Shown: piece after piece, positions 19,199-31,585 of the stretch
Position numbering within the stretch: the first letter of the stretch is position 1
How the letters are laid out: each line of letters opens with the position of its first letter
Program-made: the position numbers and the translations under genes
From: an uncultured delta proteobacterium
GTDB lineage: Bacteria; Myxococcota_A; Polyangia; Palsa-1104
Direction: 5' to 3'
DNA: 64,000 nt
NCBI GenBank assembly: GCA_963785725.1
Contig: CAWAWS010000003.1
Coordinates: forward strand, 32,001-96,000
The notes under the pieces: model-generated
What the model was told of the DNA's origin: nothing
What the model saw: the letters and a program-made list of their open reading frames with translations, nothing else
The model's database searches: none

Positions 19199-19825
19199 TT
19201 ACGAGCCGAGCGCGGCGCGGCGCAGGGCCGACGGGGCTTCGAACGGGCTGACGTCGAGGTGCAGCGCCAAGAGGTCGCCCGCGGCGCGCGCGCCGCTGAC
19301 GCGCACGAACGACAGCGCCGTCAACACGCGACGCAGCACCGGGTTCTTCGCCAGCGCCGGAATCTGCAGGAGGTCGAGCACGAAGCGGTCGTCGTGCGCG
19401 TCGACGAGCGCGCCGTGCTGCATCGGCATCATCTTCACCAGCGACGCCGGCTTCGACAGGTCGAGCGACGCCATCATCATCGCCGCCGGCGAGCCCGCGG
19501 GCGCGTCCAGCTTCAGGTTTTGCACGCGCAGCGCCAGGTTGAGCGCGTCGGGCTTGGGCTCGATCGACTCGATCGTCAGCTCCGCCGACACCTGCAGCTT
19601 CGTGCCGTAGAGGTCGACGGTCAGCCCGAGGCCGAGCGCCGGATCGGCGTGCGTCAGCTCGATGCGCTCGGGCCCTTTGCCGCGCGGACGCTTGTCGATC
19701 GCCCACTGCAAGAGCGGAATCGGCAGGGTCAGCTCGTGGCGCACGGCGTTGCGCGCCGACTGCAGGAGGAACCACGGGTGCGACGTGAGGAAGCCGGCGG
19801 CTTTGAGCGCGGAATCGATCAGCAT
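19199..19825 (-). CDS. Hypothetical protein
   Basis: 208 aa ORF with normal protein-like composition, co-oriented with neighbours. Confidence 0.7.
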   Translation of the reverse strand: MLIDSALKAAGFLTSHPWFLLQSARNAVRHELTLPIPLLQWAIDKRPRGKGPERIELTHADPALGLGLTVDLYGTKLQVSAELTIESIEPKPDALNLALRVQNLKLDAPAGSPAAMMMASLDLSKPASLVKMMPMQHGALVDAHDDRFVLDLLQIPALAKNPVLRRVLTALSFVRVSGARAAGDLLALHLDVSPFEAPSALRRAALGS

Positions 19826-19922
19826 GCGCGGACGGTACGCCGAACCGCGAGCGCCTTCAATACGCGTAGGTGCAGTCGGTTCCTAGCGTGATGCCCTGAA
19901 GTGCCATGGCTTCGCGAAGCAA

Positions 19923-21740
19923 TCAGCGGTGAATGGCGGCTTCGAGCGCCGGAATGAGCGCGGCGGTGCAATGCTCGCGCACGAACGCCAACAAGCGGTC
20001 GACGGCGATCGGCTTCTCCAAGATCGAGACGCCGGGATAGCGCGTCGTCTTCTCCACCGACGCCGACATGATGCATACCGGCAGCGCCTGATAGCGGACG
20101 TCGGCGCGAATGCGGTCGAGCACGTCCCAGCCGATCACCCGCGGCATCATCAGATCGAGCAGCACGGCGCACGGCGGCTCGGCGGTGAGCTGATCGATCG
20201 CCGCTTGACCATCGGCGACGGCGATGCAGCGATAACCTTCGGCTTCGAGCAGGAACAGGAGCGACTCGCGCACGTCGGAGTCGTCGTCGGCCATGAGGAT
20301 GTAGCTCGACGCCGTCGAGCGGCTGAGCACGCGCGGCAGCTTGACCGAGAACGTCGAGCCCTGGCCGGGCTGGGAGCGGACGACGACGCTGCCGCCGTGC
20401 GCTTCGACGATCTCGCGCACGATCATGAGGCCGAGGCCGGTGCCGGCGACGTGGTGCTGCGGATCGATGACGCGCGTGTAGCGCTCGAACAGCGTCGGCA
20501 GCGCCGCCGCGTCGATGCCGCGGCCGGTGTCCTCGACCGACAGCTCGACGGCGTCGACGTTGAGCCGCACGCGCGCCGTCACCTTGCCGCCCGAGGGCGT
20601 GAACTTGATGGCGTTCGACAACAGGTTCGTCATCACCTGCGCCAACCGCCGTCGATCGCCCGGGATCTCGATACGATCGTCACCCAACACGACGTCGATC
20701 GACAGCTGCGACTCCTCGGCCAACAGGCGCACGTCGTCGACGGTGACGCGGACGAGCGCGTTGACGTCGACCGGCTCGCGATCGAGCTTGTAGCCGGCGC
20801 CTTCGAGCCGCGCCAAGTCCAAGAAGTCGTTGATGAGCGCCACCATCGAGCGCACGTTGCTGTCGATCTTGCGGATGTCGTCGGTCACCGACGCCGACAA
20901 GAGGCCGCGCCGGCCCGACAGCATGCTCGCCGTGCGCAACATCATCGCCGACAGCGGCGAGCGCAGGTCGTGGGCGATGATCGAGTAGAAGTCGAGCCGA
21001 CGGGCTTCGTTGTGCCGCGCCGTCGTCACGTCGCGCAGCGAGATCGTGCGCGTGGCCGCGAAGTCGCGCGGCAGGGCGCGGATCGTCGGCGAAAAGATGC
21101 GAGCGTCGACCCGCACGTCGGGCAGCGGCAAGAGCGCCTCCGAGCCGCCTAGCCGCAGCGTATCGAGCTGCAAGTCGGGCAAGAGCGTCGTGACCTGCTT
21201 GCCGGTCAGCGAGCGGCCGCCGCCGAAGGCGCGCTCGGCCTCGGCGTTGGCGAAGGCGACCACCCCGGCGGCGTCGACGGCCAAGAGCGCGTCGGGCGCG
21301 TTCGACAAGAGCGCGCGCACGTTGCGCTCGGCCTGCTCGACGCGCTCGAGCATGGCCTTGCCGCGCATCAAGGCGCCGACGCGCGCGCGCAGCTCCATGT
21401 CGTCGTAGGGCTTACGCAGATAATCGTTGGCGCCGGCGTCGAGCGCTTGCACGACCTGCGCGGTCTCGTGATGCGCCGTCAAGAGCAGCACCGACACCTG
21501 CGCGATGCCGCCTTCGCGCGAACGAATGAACTGACAGAGCTCGAGGCCGCTCAGACCCGGCAGCACCCAATCGAGCACCAACACGTCGGGCGCGCCGTCG
21601 CTGAAGCGCTCGAGCATGACGCTGCCGTCCGTGAAGACCTCGACCGTGTAGTCCGCGGCCAGGATCGATCGGGCGCGCTCGCCGTCCATTGGACTGTCGT
21701 CGACAATCCAGACGATTTGGCGGCGCGGGTCGGACAACAT
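19923..21740 (-). CDS. Hybrid histidine kinase REC-PAS-HisKA-HATPase-REC
   Basis: VLDWVLP receiver, IAHDLRSPL H-box, NLLSNAIKFT, DTGRGI, GTGLGL, C-terminal LLDLMMP receiver; divergent from the che operon. Confidence 0.95.
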   Translation of the reverse strand: MLSDPRRQIVWIVDDSPMDGERARSILAADYTVEVFTDGSVMLERFSDGAPDVLVLDWVLPGLSGLELCQFIRSREGGIAQVSVLLLTAHHETAQVVQALDAGANDYLRKPYDDMELRARVGALMRGKAMLERVEQAERNVRALLSNAPDALLAVDAAGVVAFANAEAERAFGGGRSLTGKQVTTLLPDLQLDTLRLGGSEALLPLPDVRVDARIFSPTIRALPRDFAATRTISLRDVTTARHNEARRLDFYSIIAHDLRSPLSAMMLRTASMLSGRRGLLSASVTDDIRKIDSNVRSMVALINDFLDLARLEGAGYKLDREPVDVNALVRVTVDDVRLLAEESQLSIDVVLGDDRIEIPGDRRRLAQVMTNLLSNAIKFTPSGGKVTARVRLNVDAVELSVEDTGRGIDAAALPTLFERYTRVIDPQHHVAGTGLGLMIVREIVEAHGGSVVVRSQPGQGSTFSVKLPRVLSRSTASSYILMADDDSDVRESLLFLLEAEGYRCIAVADGQAAIDQLTAEPPCAVLLDLMMPRVIGWDVLDRIRADVRYQALPVCIMSASVEKTTRYPGVSILEKPIAVDRLLAFVREHCTAALIPALEAAIHR

Positions 21741-21850
21741 TGACGCCCGATAGTGTAAGCTCCCCACGGTAACGTCAAGGGTAGCCAGGTAAAGAATCGT
21801 CAGTTGACTCTGGTACTTTGCGGCTTAAACGACCTTTCTCAGGGGTGAGC

Positions 21851-22228
21851 GTGCCGGACATCTTGGTAGTGGACGACAGCAAGGTGATGCGCGAGATGGT
21901 CGTAGCCTGTCTGCGCGCCATCGAAGGGCTGACGTTCGCGCACGCGGCCTCGGGACTGGAGGCGATCGAGCAGCTGTCCTTGCGGCCGTACGATCTGGTC
22001 GTGCTCGACTTGAACATGCCGGACATCGGCGGCGTCGAGGTGATCGAGTTCATCCGCGGCCAGGACACGCTGCAGAAGCTGCCGATCCTCGTCGTCACCA
22101 CGCGCGGCGACGACACGTCCAAAGGGCGCGTCATGGCCGCCGGCGCGTCGAGCTTCATGACCAAGCCGTTCCAGCCCGACGCCATCGTCGCCGAAGCACG
22201 GTCGCTGCTCACACGCAGCGCGTCGTGA
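21851..22228 (+). CDS. cheY: CheY-like response regulator
   Basis: ILVVDDS, LDLNMPD, TKPF; first gene of the che operon. Confidence 0.9.
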   Translation: MPDILVVDDSKVMREMVVACLRAIEGLTFAHAASGLEAIEQLSLRPYDLVVLDLNMPDIGGVEVIEFIRGQDTLQKLPILVVTTRGDDTSKGRVMAAGASSFMTKPFQPDAIVAEARSLLTRSAS

Positions 22229-22232
22229 TCGT

Positions 22233-24242
22233 GTGACAGTCGACCTGCAAGGCTTCATCGCCGGCTATCTGGCGGAGGTCGACGAGCATTTGTCGGCGGC
22301 GACGAAGAACCTGGTCGCGGTCGATGGCGCGCTCCGCCGTCAGACGCGTGAGCCGCGGGCCGTGCGCGAGCTGTTCCGTTCGTTACACACGATCAAAGGG
22401 CTGTCGGCGATGGTCGACATCGAGCCGGTGGTCGCCATCGCGCACGAGATGGAGACCATCCTGCGCGTCGCCGATCGCGCGGCCGGCGAGCTGTCGCGGC
22501 ACGCCGTCGACGGGCTGGCCGACGGGCTGCGCGCCATCGAGCAGCGCATCGCCGCCGTCGCCGCCGGCAAAGTGGTCGACCCGGCGCCGCCGTCGCTGTT
22601 GCTGCGGCTCGGGCAGCTGCAGAGCGATCACGCCGACGCGGCGCAGTCGCGCGCGCCGGCGCCGGCGCTGCCGCCGGCCATCCTGGCCAAGCTGTCGGCG
22701 GCCGAGCAGGAGCAGCTGGCGCAAGGCGTGGCCGCCGGTCGCTCGGCGTGGCGCGTCGACTTCGTGCCCTCGCCGTCGCGCGCGGCGACGGGCGTGAACA
22801 TCACGAGCGTGCGCGAGCGCATGGCGCGCGTGGCCGAGATCGTCAAAGTGTTGCCGCAGGCGCTGCCCAAGAGTGACCAGGCGCCGGGCGGGCTGGCCTT
22901 CGCCATCATCGTGCTCGGCGACGACGGCGAGGCGCTGCGCGAGGCGGCCGGCGCCGAGACCGCCGAGCTGTTGGCGGCGCCCGCCGCGGCGGCGACGCCG
23001 CGGCTCACTGACGCGCCGTCGCCGTTCGATGACGTGGCCGGCGCCGGCGACCACAACTTCAACCGCTCGACGCGCCTCGTCCGCGTCGACGTCGCCAGGC
23101 TCGACGACGCGATGGAGAAGCTGTCGGCGCTCGTCGTCAACCGCTTTCGCCTGCAGCGCGCCGTCGCCCAGCTGCGCGCGAGCGGCGCCGACGTGCGCGC
23201 GCTGAGCGAGATCCTGGCCGAGAACGGCCGCCAGCTGCGCGACCTGCGCGCCGCCATCATGCGCGCGCGCATGGTGCCGATGGGCGAGCTGCTCGAGCGC
23301 ATCCCGCTGCTCGTGCGCGGCCTCGAGCGCTCGACCGGCAAACACGTGGAGGTGCGCATCGACGCCGGCCACGCCGAGCTCGACAAGGCCGTCGCCGAGC
23401 GGCTGTTGCCGGCGATCGTCCACCTCGTGCGCAACGCCGTCGACCACGCCATCGAGCCGCCCGAGGAGCGCGTGCGCGCCGGCAAGAGCGCCATCGGCCT
23501 CGTCGAGGTGACCTGCCACGAGCGCAGCAACAATCGCCTCGAGCTGGCCGTGCGCGACGACGGGCGCGGCGTCGATCGCGCCGCTGTCGCCCACAAAGCC
23601 GGCAAGCCGGTGCCCGAGCACGACGAGGCCTTGCTGGCGCTCTTGACCTTGCCCGGCCTGTCGACGCGCGAGTCGGCCTCGGCGACGAGCGGGCGCGGCA
23701 TGGGCATGGACATCGTGCGCCGCATCGCCGTCGACGAGCTCGGCGGACAGCTCGATCTCACCACCGAACGCGGTAAAGGGACGACCTTCATCTTGCGTGT
23801 GCCGCTGACGATTACGATCGTGGACGCCTTCTCCTTCATCGTCGGCGTGCAGCCGTTCGTGACGCCGGTCTCCGCCATCGACGAGATCTTGGAGATCGAT
23901 CCGACCCGCGTCATCCGCAGCCCCGGTCAGACCAACGATCGACGGCTGGCCTTGTACGAGCGGCGCGGCGAGGCGATGCCGCTGGTCGCGCTCGATCGCG
24001 TGTTTCGGCTGCCGAAGCCGGCGCAGCAGCCGCGCAAAGCGATGGTCGTGCAGCGCAACGGTCGCCCCTTCGCGTTCTCGGTCGATCGTATGCTCGGACA
24101 GCAAGAGGTCGTCGTGCGGCCGCTCGAAGATCCGCTGGTGCGCGTCGTCGGGATCGCCGGCTCGACCGATCTCGGCGACGGCAAGCCGACGCTGGTGCTC
24201 GACCTCGTGGCCTTGTGCGCGTCCTTGTCGGAGGCGGCGTAA
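22233..24242 (+). CDS. cheA: Chemotaxis kinase CheA
   Basis: Hpt FRSLHTIKG, HLVRNAVDHAIE, SGRGMGMDIV, C-terminal CheW domain. Confidence 0.97.
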   Translation: MTVDLQGFIAGYLAEVDEHLSAATKNLVAVDGALRRQTREPRAVRELFRSLHTIKGLSAMVDIEPVVAIAHEMETILRVADRAAGELSRHAVDGLADGLRAIEQRIAAVAAGKVVDPAPPSLLLRLGQLQSDHADAAQSRAPAPALPPAILAKLSAAEQEQLAQGVAAGRSAWRVDFVPSPSRAATGVNITSVRERMARVAEIVKVLPQALPKSDQAPGGLAFAIIVLGDDGEALREAAGAETAELLAAPAAAATPRLTDAPSPFDDVAGAGDHNFNRSTRLVRVDVARLDDAMEKLSALVVNRFRLQRAVAQLRASGADVRALSEILAENGRQLRDLRAAIMRARMVPMGELLERIPLLVRGLERSTGKHVEVRIDAGHAELDKAVAERLLPAIVHLVRNAVDHAIEPPEERVRAGKSAIGLVEVTCHERSNNRLELAVRDDGRGVDRAAVAHKAGKPVPEHDEALLALLTLPGLSTRESASATSGRGMGMDIVRRIAVDELGGQLDLTTERGKGTTFILRVPLTITIVDAFSFIVGVQPFVTPVSAIDEILEIDPTRVIRSPGQTNDRRLALYERRGEAMPLVALDRVFRLPKPAQQPRKAMVVQRNGRPFAFSVDRMLGQQEVVVRPLEDPLVRVVGIAGSTDLGDGKPTLVLDLVALCASLSEAA

Positions 24243-24682
24243 GTGGCGCTGCACGTGCTCTTTCGCGTCGGGACAGCGACTACGTGCTGCCGGCGTCCGA
24301 CGTCTTGCAGATGGAGTCGTACGGCGGCGCGACGCCGGTGCCGGGCGCGGCGGCTTACGTCGCCGGCCTCGTGCAGGTGCGCGGCCGCGTCGTGCCGGTG
24401 GTCGATCTGCGCGCGCGCTTCGGGCTGCCGCCGGTCGAGCCGACCATCGACACGCGCGTCGTCGTCGTGCAGCGCGACGAGCGGACGATCGGGCTCCTCG
24501 TCGACAGCGCGCGCGAGGTGCTGCAGATCGAGGCCGACGCCATCAAGCCGCCGCCGGACGTGCTCGGTCGCGACAGCAAAGGCTTCGTCAAAGCGGTGGC
24601 CAAGTCGGGTCAGCGCCTGTTGATGTTGATCGACTTCGCGAAAGTGATCGGAGAGGAGCGGGACTATGGCGGTTCACTCTAG
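24243..24682 (+). CDS. cheW: CheW (frameshift near 24272)
   Basis: [10 protein letters not shown] joins the frame encoding [40 protein letters not shown]. Confidence 0.9.
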
Positions 24683-27194
24683 CGGCTTCGTCAACCTCGA
24701 CGAGGCGCTCAAACAGGCGCAGGACACGGCCCGCGCGTTGCGCGAGACGGCGACGCAGGCGCGCGGCATCGAAGACGCGGCGCAGCGGTTGGCGTCGAGC
24801 GGCAACGAGCAGGCGGCGTCGTCGGAGCAGCTGCGCGCGTCGTTGGAGTCGATCGCCAGCGCCATCGAGCAGACGGAGGACGGCGCGCTGTCGATCAAGC
24901 GCAATCAGGCGCGCGCGGCCGACATGGCGCAAGAGACATCGTCGGGACTGCAGTCGACGGCGGCCGGTTTGGAGGAGATGGCGGCGTCGACCGAAGGCGT
25001 GCGCCGCGACACCGAGCTGTTGGCCGAGCGCGCGCAAGCGACGGCCGCGACGGTGGAAGAGATGTCGCGCTCGGTGAAGGCGACGGCGAGCAACGCCGAG
25101 GAGCTGGCGGCCTCGTCCGAAGAGCTCTTGGCGACGACGACCGAGACCAACGCCAACTTGACCGATTTGACGGCGCGCGGACAGGATTCGGCGGCGGCGA
25201 TCGAGGAAGTGGCGTCGACGATCGAGCAGATGTCGAAGGGCATGGCGCGTCTGGTGACGGACGCCAATGCCGTCGGCGAGCGCATGACCAGCGTCGGCAA
25301 GCTGGTCGTCGGCGCAGCGGCGGGCATCGAAAAAGTGGCCGCCGACGCCACCTCGATGGCCGCCAACGTCGAAGAGACGGGCGCGACGACGGAGGAGCTG
25401 GCGCGCTCGATCGCCGGCGTGGCCGAGAGCGCGCGCGGGCTCAACGAATCGGCCGCGGCGACGGCCTCGACGGTGACGGAGCTGGCGGCGTCGGTCGAGG
25501 AGGTGGCGGCCACGAGCGAGAAGAACGCGGCCACGATCGAGAGCAACGCCGCCGCCATCGAGCAGGTGGCGCGCTCGGCGCAGGCGACGGCGCTGTCGGC
25601 GGAGTCGATCGCCGCCTCGGCGTCGACGAGCGCGGCCTCGGCGCAGCAGCTCGATCAGTCGACACGGCGGATCGTCGGCGTCGTCGAGCAGGCGCGCGGC
25701 GCGGCCGATCGCGCCGCCGGCATGGCGCGCGAAGGCGGGACGACGGTCGAGCGCTCGATCGCCGGCCTCAAGAACATCCGCCAGGCCATGGGCGAGTCGG
25801 CGACGGTCATGAAGGAGATGGGCAAGCGCGCCGAGGAGATCGGCGACATCGTACAGACGATCAACATGATCGCCGATCGCACCAACCTCCTGTCACTCAA
25901 CGCCAGCATCGAGGCGGCGCGCGCAGGCGAGCATGGGCGCGGCTTCGCCGTCGTGGCCGAGGAGATTCGCGCGCTGGCCGATCGCGCGGCGGCGGCGTCG
26001 GCCGACATCGCCAAGATCGTGCGCGGGCTGCAGTCGACGGCGCGCGACGCCGTCACCGCGACGTCGGACGGCGTCAAAGTCGCCGACGAGGGCGCGCGCT
26101 TGGCGGGCGAGGCCGAGCGGGCGCTGGGCGGAATCTTGGGCGGCGTCGACGAGCTGGGCAAGTCGGTGCGCGAGATCGACCGCGCGGCCGGCGAGCAGCA
26201 GCAGGCGGTGCAGTCGCTGACGCAGTCGACGTCGAAGGTGAGCGAGGAGGCGCGCTCGGTGGCGCGTTCGGCGGCCGAGCAGACCAAGGCGACGCAGTCG
26301 CTGGCGCTGGCGGCGCAGGAGATGCGGCGCTCGGCGCGCCAGACGACGCAGGCGGCGCAAGAGCAGGCGCACGCCATCCGCGACGTGGCGCGCTCGACGA
26401 CGCAGCTGACGGCCAACGCCGAGAAGGTCGCGCGCGCCTCGTCCGAGCAGGCGACGGGCGCGGCCGAGCTGGCCAAGGCGGCGGCGCAGATGCGCACGCT
26501 GACGGCGCAGACGTCGGCGGCGATGGTCGAGCAGACGAAGGTGCTGGCGTCGGTGACGGCGCAGGTGCAAGACACCGCTTCGGCGACGACGCGAACGGTG
26601 CAAGGGCTGACCGAGCAGGCCAAAGGCGCGGCCGAAGTGGCCAAGGCCATGGACGACTCGCGCAAGCAGGCGGTGCAGACGGCGCGCGCGGTGGCCGAGC
26701 AGGCGAAGACGGCCAAGCAGATCGAGCAGACGGCGCGGCTGACGGCCAAGGCGTCGGCGGAGGTGACGCGCGCGACCAACGAGCAGGTCAAGGCGCTGCT
26801 GTCGCTGGCGAAAGACGGCGACGAGGTGCGCAAGATCGCCACGCAGACGGCGCGCGCGGTGACCGAGCAGGCGGCGGCGCTGACGACGTTGTCGCGCACG
26901 GCGGCGCGGCAGACGCAGGCGGTGACGTCGCTGGCCAAGCTGTCGGCCGAGCAGGCGACGGCGACGACGCAGATCGCCGAGGCGGCGACGAGCATTCGCA
27001 CGCAGGTGCGCGAGGCGACGACGGCGCTGGCGAGCCAAGCGAAGGCGGCGGCGGCGACGACCGCCGAAGTCCGCAACGTGGCGACCCAGCTGGCGCAGGT
27101 GCGTGAGCAGTCGACGCATCAAGCGGAGGTCGTGAACGCCGTGGCCGAGACGCTGGCGCAGTCCAACAAGGTTCGCCCCGTGGAGCACGCTTGA
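24666..27194 (+). CDS. Cytoplasmic methyl-accepting chemoreceptor, no TM or sensor domain
   Basis: [34 protein letters not shown] hairpin; both arms are long heptad coiled coils. Confidence 0.95.
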   Translation: MAVHSSGFVNLDEALKQAQDTARALRETATQARGIEDAAQRLASSGNEQAASSEQLRASLESIASAIEQTEDGALSIKRNQARAADMAQETSSGLQSTAAGLEEMAASTEGVRRDTELLAERAQATAATVEEMSRSVKATASNAEELAASSEELLATTTETNANLTDLTARGQDSAAAIEEVASTIEQMSKGMARLVTDANAVGERMTSVGKLVVGAAAGIEKVAADATSMAANVEETGATTEELARSIAGVAESARGLNESAAATASTVTELAASVEEVAATSEKNAATIESNAAAIEQVARSAQATALSAESIAASASTSAASAQQLDQSTRRIVGVVEQARGAADRAAGMAREGGTTVERSIAGLKNIRQAMGESATVMKEMGKRAEEIGDIVQTINMIADRTNLLSLNASIEAARAGEHGRGFAVVAEEIRALADRAAAASADIAKIVRGLQSTARDAVTATSDGVKVADEGARLAGEAERALGGILGGVDELGKSVREIDRAAGEQQQAVQSLTQSTSKVSEEARSVARSAAEQTKATQSLALAAQEMRRSARQTTQAAQEQAHAIRDVARSTTQLTANAEKVARASSEQATGAAELAKAAAQMRTLTAQTSAAMVEQTKVLASVTAQVQDTASATTRTVQGLTEQAKGAAEVAKAMDDSRKQAVQTARAVAEQAKTAKQIEQTARLTAKASAEVTRATNEQVKALLSLAKDGDEVRKIATQTARAVTEQAAALTTLSRTAARQTQAVTSLAKLSAEQATATTQIAEAATSIRTQVREATTALASQAKAAAATTAEVRNVATQLAQVREQSTHQAEVVNAVAETLAQSNKVRPVEHA

Positions 27195-29554
27195 ATCGAG
27201 CCGCCGGCGCCGCCGACGCTCTCGCCCGAGGAGCGCGCGCGGATGGAGCGCATCGATCAGCACGTGATCGACGGCGCCGTCGCGCCGCTCGTGGCGATGC
27301 TCGACGATCGCAGCTGGACCGTGCGGCGCGCCGTCGTGCGCGCGCTGGCGGCGCTGGGCGACGCGGCGGTGACGCCGCTGGCCGAGCTGTTGGTGAGCCA
27401 TCGCGACGACGAGGCGCGCATCGCGGCCACGGTCGATGCGCTGGCGGCGTCGACCGGGCACGTCGAGACGGTGCTGCTGCGCACGATCGGTCACGTCGAG
27501 CCGGCGGTCGTCGCCGACGTCGCGGTCATCCTCGGTCGCCGCCGCGCCGCCGTGGCCGTGCCGGCGCTGACCGAGCTGCTCGCGCACAGCGACGACAACG
27601 TGGCCGTGGCCGCGGTCGAGGCGCTCGGCCGCATCGGCGGTCGCGCCGCGGTCGAGTCGCTGATCAGGCTCGTCGCGCAGCGACAACTTCTTCCGCATCT
27701 TCCCCGCCATCGACGTGCTCGGTCGCTCCGGCGATCCGCGCGCCGTCGCGCCGTTGGCGGCGCTGCTCGACAAGCCGACGTTCGCCGGCGAAGCCGCGCG
27801 CGCGCTCGGCCGCTCCGGCGAACGCAGCGCGGCCGCGCCCTTGGCGGCGCTGCTCGTGCGGCCGAGCGAGGCCAGCGTGCGCGTCGCGGCGTCGGCGCTG
27901 GCCGATCTGCACGATCGCTATCGCGAACGCTTCGGCGTCACCGCGCCCGTCGAGGATGCGCTGCGCCGCGCCGTCGAGCCGGCACAAGCCGCGCGCCGGC
28001 TGACGCACAGCCTGACCGCGGCCGATCCGGCGGAGCAGGCGGCGATCGCGCGCGTGCTCGGCGTCCTGCGCGACTCGGCGGCGGTGGCGGCGCTGATGAC
28101 GCTGCTCGACCGCGCGGCGCCGGTGGCGCAAGCGGCGGCCGAGGCGCTGCAGAAGCTGGCCGCCGCCGAAGACGACGAGATGATCCGCGATCTCGAGAGC
28201 GCCGACAGCACGCGGCGTCGCTTGCTGTTGCCGCTCATGAGCCGCTCGTCGGCGCTGCCGGCGGTGACGCGCTGTCTCGACGACGAAGACGCAGCCGTGC
28301 GCGCCGCCGCCTGCGACGCCTTGGCGCGCATCGGCAATCCGGCGGCAGCGCGCGCCCTCTTCGGCCTCGTCGGCGACGGCAACGCCCGCGTCGGCCAGGC
28401 AGCGGTGGCGGCCATCCAGTCGCTGGGCTCGGCCGAGACGGAGCCGCTGGCGCTGCAAGCGGCGCGCTCGCCCGATCTGGCCGTCCGGCGCGCGGCGCTG
28501 CGGATCCTGTCGTATTTCGGCTATGGCGCGGCGCTGCCGGTGTTCACCGAGGCCATCGAAGGCGAGGATGCCCGCGCGCGCGAGATCGCCGTGCAAGGGC
28601 TGCCCTTCATCGAGGATTTGCGGGCGATGGACATGCTGCTCGGCGTCGCGCGCGGACCGAACGAGCGCATGCGCGCCACGTCGATGCGCGCGCTCGGCCA
28701 GTGCCGCGGCTCGGACGCGCGGGTGACGTCGGCGCTCTTGCGCGGCCTCGGCGACAACGACGGCTGGGTGCGCTATTACGCCTGCCAATCGCTGGGCCGG
28801 CTCGGCAGCGAGGCGGCGGCCGGCGCCATTGCCGCGCGCGTCGCCGACGAGGCCGGCCAAGTGCGCGTCGCCGCCATCGAGGCGCTGTCGCACCTGCGCT
28901 CGGAGGTCGCCTTCACCGCCCTGCGCGACGCCGCGCGCTCGAGCGATCCCGACATCCGCCGCGCCGCGCTCGTCGGGCCTCGGCCTGTCGCGCCGCGCCG
29001 AAGCGGCGACGCTGCTGTTCGAATTCTGCGGCGACGCCGATCCGGCGACGCGGCTGGTCGCGCTCTCGGCCATCGCCGACTTCGACGAGCCCGAGACGCT
29101 GACGGCGCTGGCCCGCGCCGCCGTCGACGACGACGAGAGCGTGCGCATCGCGGCCATCTCGTTCTTGGCCGCGCGCACCGATCGTGCCGCGACCGACACG
29201 CTGGTGCGCCTGCTCTTGCGTGCGCCCGAGCGTGAGCGCGTCGTGAGCGTGCTGGCGCTGCCGTCGGACGGACGCATCGCCGGCCTGACGACCGCGCTGC
29301 GCGACGCCGACGACGAGCTGGCGCCGCTCTTGGTCTCGGCGCTCGTGCGCATGCGCCGGCCGGAGGCGAACAGCGCGCTCATCGCCGCCTTCGCGCTGCC
29401 CAATCCGCGCGCGCGCAAGGCCATCGCCAGCGGCCTGCAGTCGATGATCGGCCTCGGCGCCGGCGCCGAAGCCTTCGTCGTGCTGCAGCGCGCCGCCGCT
29501 TATGACCCCGATCCGGAAGTGCGCCGCATCGCCGCGCTCCTCTTGGCGCAATAG
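27191..29554 (+). CDS. HEAT/PBS-lyase repeat protein (Cpc7-like), frameshifted near 27690 and 28980
   Basis: Repeats such as [44 protein letters not shown] across ORFs 27243, 27715 and 28829. Confidence 0.85.
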
Positions 29555-29624
29555 CCGTGGCCCGTCACGACCAAGCCGCCGCAGCTCGGCGCCGCGCCGC
29601 GCGCCATCGACTCGAGCGGCGCTG

Positions 29625-30456
29625 ATGGCGCTGCCGCTCTCGCCACAGGTGTTCGCCATCTTTCGTGGGCTCGTCGAGGAGCACAGCGGCCTCCATTATG
29701 GGCCGGCCGATCTCGAGCTGTTCGCCGAGAAGGTGAGCGCGCGCGCCATCGACGAAGGCTTCGAGTCGCTGCTCGATTACTACTATTTCCTCCGCTACGA
29801 CGACGGCGGCAAGGACGAGCTCGAGCGCCTCCTGGACGCGCTGGTCGTCAACGAGACCTACTTCTTCCGCGAGCGCGAGCAGCTCGAGTGGCTCGTCGAT
29901 CACTTCCTCGTGCCGCGCATTCAGCGGGGCAGCGGCCGCGCGTCTGGTCGGCGGCGTGCGCCACCGGCGAGGAGCCGCTGACGCTGGCCATGCTGCTGCG
30001 ACGCGCGCGGCTACGCGATCGCGTCGACATCGTCGCCACCGACCTGAGCCCGCGCGTGCTCGCAAGGCGCAGGCCGGGCGTCTTCAGCGCGCGCTCGCTC
30101 CGGCACACCGCGCGTCCCGAGCTGGCGGCGCAGTTCCTCGAGGAGCACCAAGGCCGGCTGCGCATCACGCCGTCGCTGGTGACGCGCGTGCGCTGGCGGC
30201 GGCTCAACCTGACGCGCGCCCACGATGTCGCGCCGCTGGGCGCGTTCGACGTGGTCTTGTGCCGCAACGTGCTCATCTACTTCTCGGACTGACGACGCAG
30301 CGCGTGCTCGATGCGCTGATGGCGCGGCTGCGCGACGACGGCGTCTTGCTCGTCGGCGTCTCCGAGTCGCTCCTGCGCTTCGGCGCGGCCATCACCTGCG
30401 AGGAGCACGGCGGCATCTTCGTCTATCGCCCCGTGCGACCGGCGGTGCGCCCATGA
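29625..30456 (+). CDS. cheR: CheR methyltransferase (frameshifts near 29930 and 30290)
   Basis: [44 protein letters not shown]. Confidence 0.9.
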
Positions 30457-31493
30457 TCCGCGTGCTCGTCGTCGACGACTCGGCGTTCGCGCGCAAGGTG
30501 CTGCGGGAGACGCTGGAAGGCCACGCCGACATCGAGGTCGTCGGCATCGCGCGCGACGGCCTGGAAGCGCTGGAGAAGATCCAGAGCTGAAGCCGGACGT
30601 GGTGACGCTCGACCTCGTCATGCCCAACCTCGACGGCATCGGCGTCTTGAAGGCGCTGCCGGCGGTCGGTGCGCCGCGCGTCGTCGTCGTCAGCATCTCG
30701 GACGCGGCCAGCGAGCTCGGCCTGCAGGCGCTCGAGCTCGGCGCCATCGAGCTCGTGCACAAGCCGACGGCGCTGGCGACCGAGCGGCTCTACGATCTGG
30801 CGGCCGAGCTCGTCGCCGCCGTGCGCTGAGCGCGAGCGTGCGGTCGTCGCTCGTCGCCCGCCGCGCCGCCGCCGGTCGACCCGATCGCGCTCACGCCGCC
30901 GTCGCTGGTCAAGACGTCGGCCAATCTCGTCGTCGTCGGCGCGTCGACGGGCGGACCGCAGGCGCTGACGCGGCTCGTGGGCGCGCTGCCCAAGGATTTC
31001 CCGGTGCCGATGGCGCTCGTGCTGCATATTCCGCCGGAATACACGGCGCCGTTCGCCGCGCGGCTCGACGCCGGCTCGGCGCTGCACGTGCGTCGAGGCC
31101 GAAGACGGCCTGGAGCTGACCGCCGGTCGCGTCGTCGTCGCCCGCGGCGGCGTGCACCTCGCGGTCGTCGACGACGGCGGCACGCTGCGCTGTAAGCTCT
31201 CGCTGTCGCCGGTGACGACCGCGCATCGCCCGGCCGTCGACGTGCTCTTCGAGAGCGCCGCCCGCGTCACCGGCGCGCGCACGCTCGGCGTCGTCTTGAC
31301 CGGCATGGGCGACGACGGCCTGGCCGGCTCGCGCGCCATTCGTGAGGCCGGCGGCCGCGTCATCACCGAGGCCGAGTCGTCCTGCGTCGTCTACGGCATG
31401 CCGCGCGCCGTCGCCGAAGCCGGGCTGTCGAACGGCGCCGTCGCCATCGAAGGCGTGCCCGCGCTCATCCGCCGCCTGCTCGGCGAAGCGTAG
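30453..31493 (+). CDS. cheB: CheB methylesterase (several frameshifts)
   Basis: [55 protein letters not shown]. Confidence 0.92.
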
Positions 31494-31585
31494 GTATTTC
31501 ACCCGACTTTCCGTCGCTGGCGGGCATGAATTTTTGCTCGGGTGAGCCCTTGAGATCGGCAAACACGTTCCTATGACGTAGGTAC

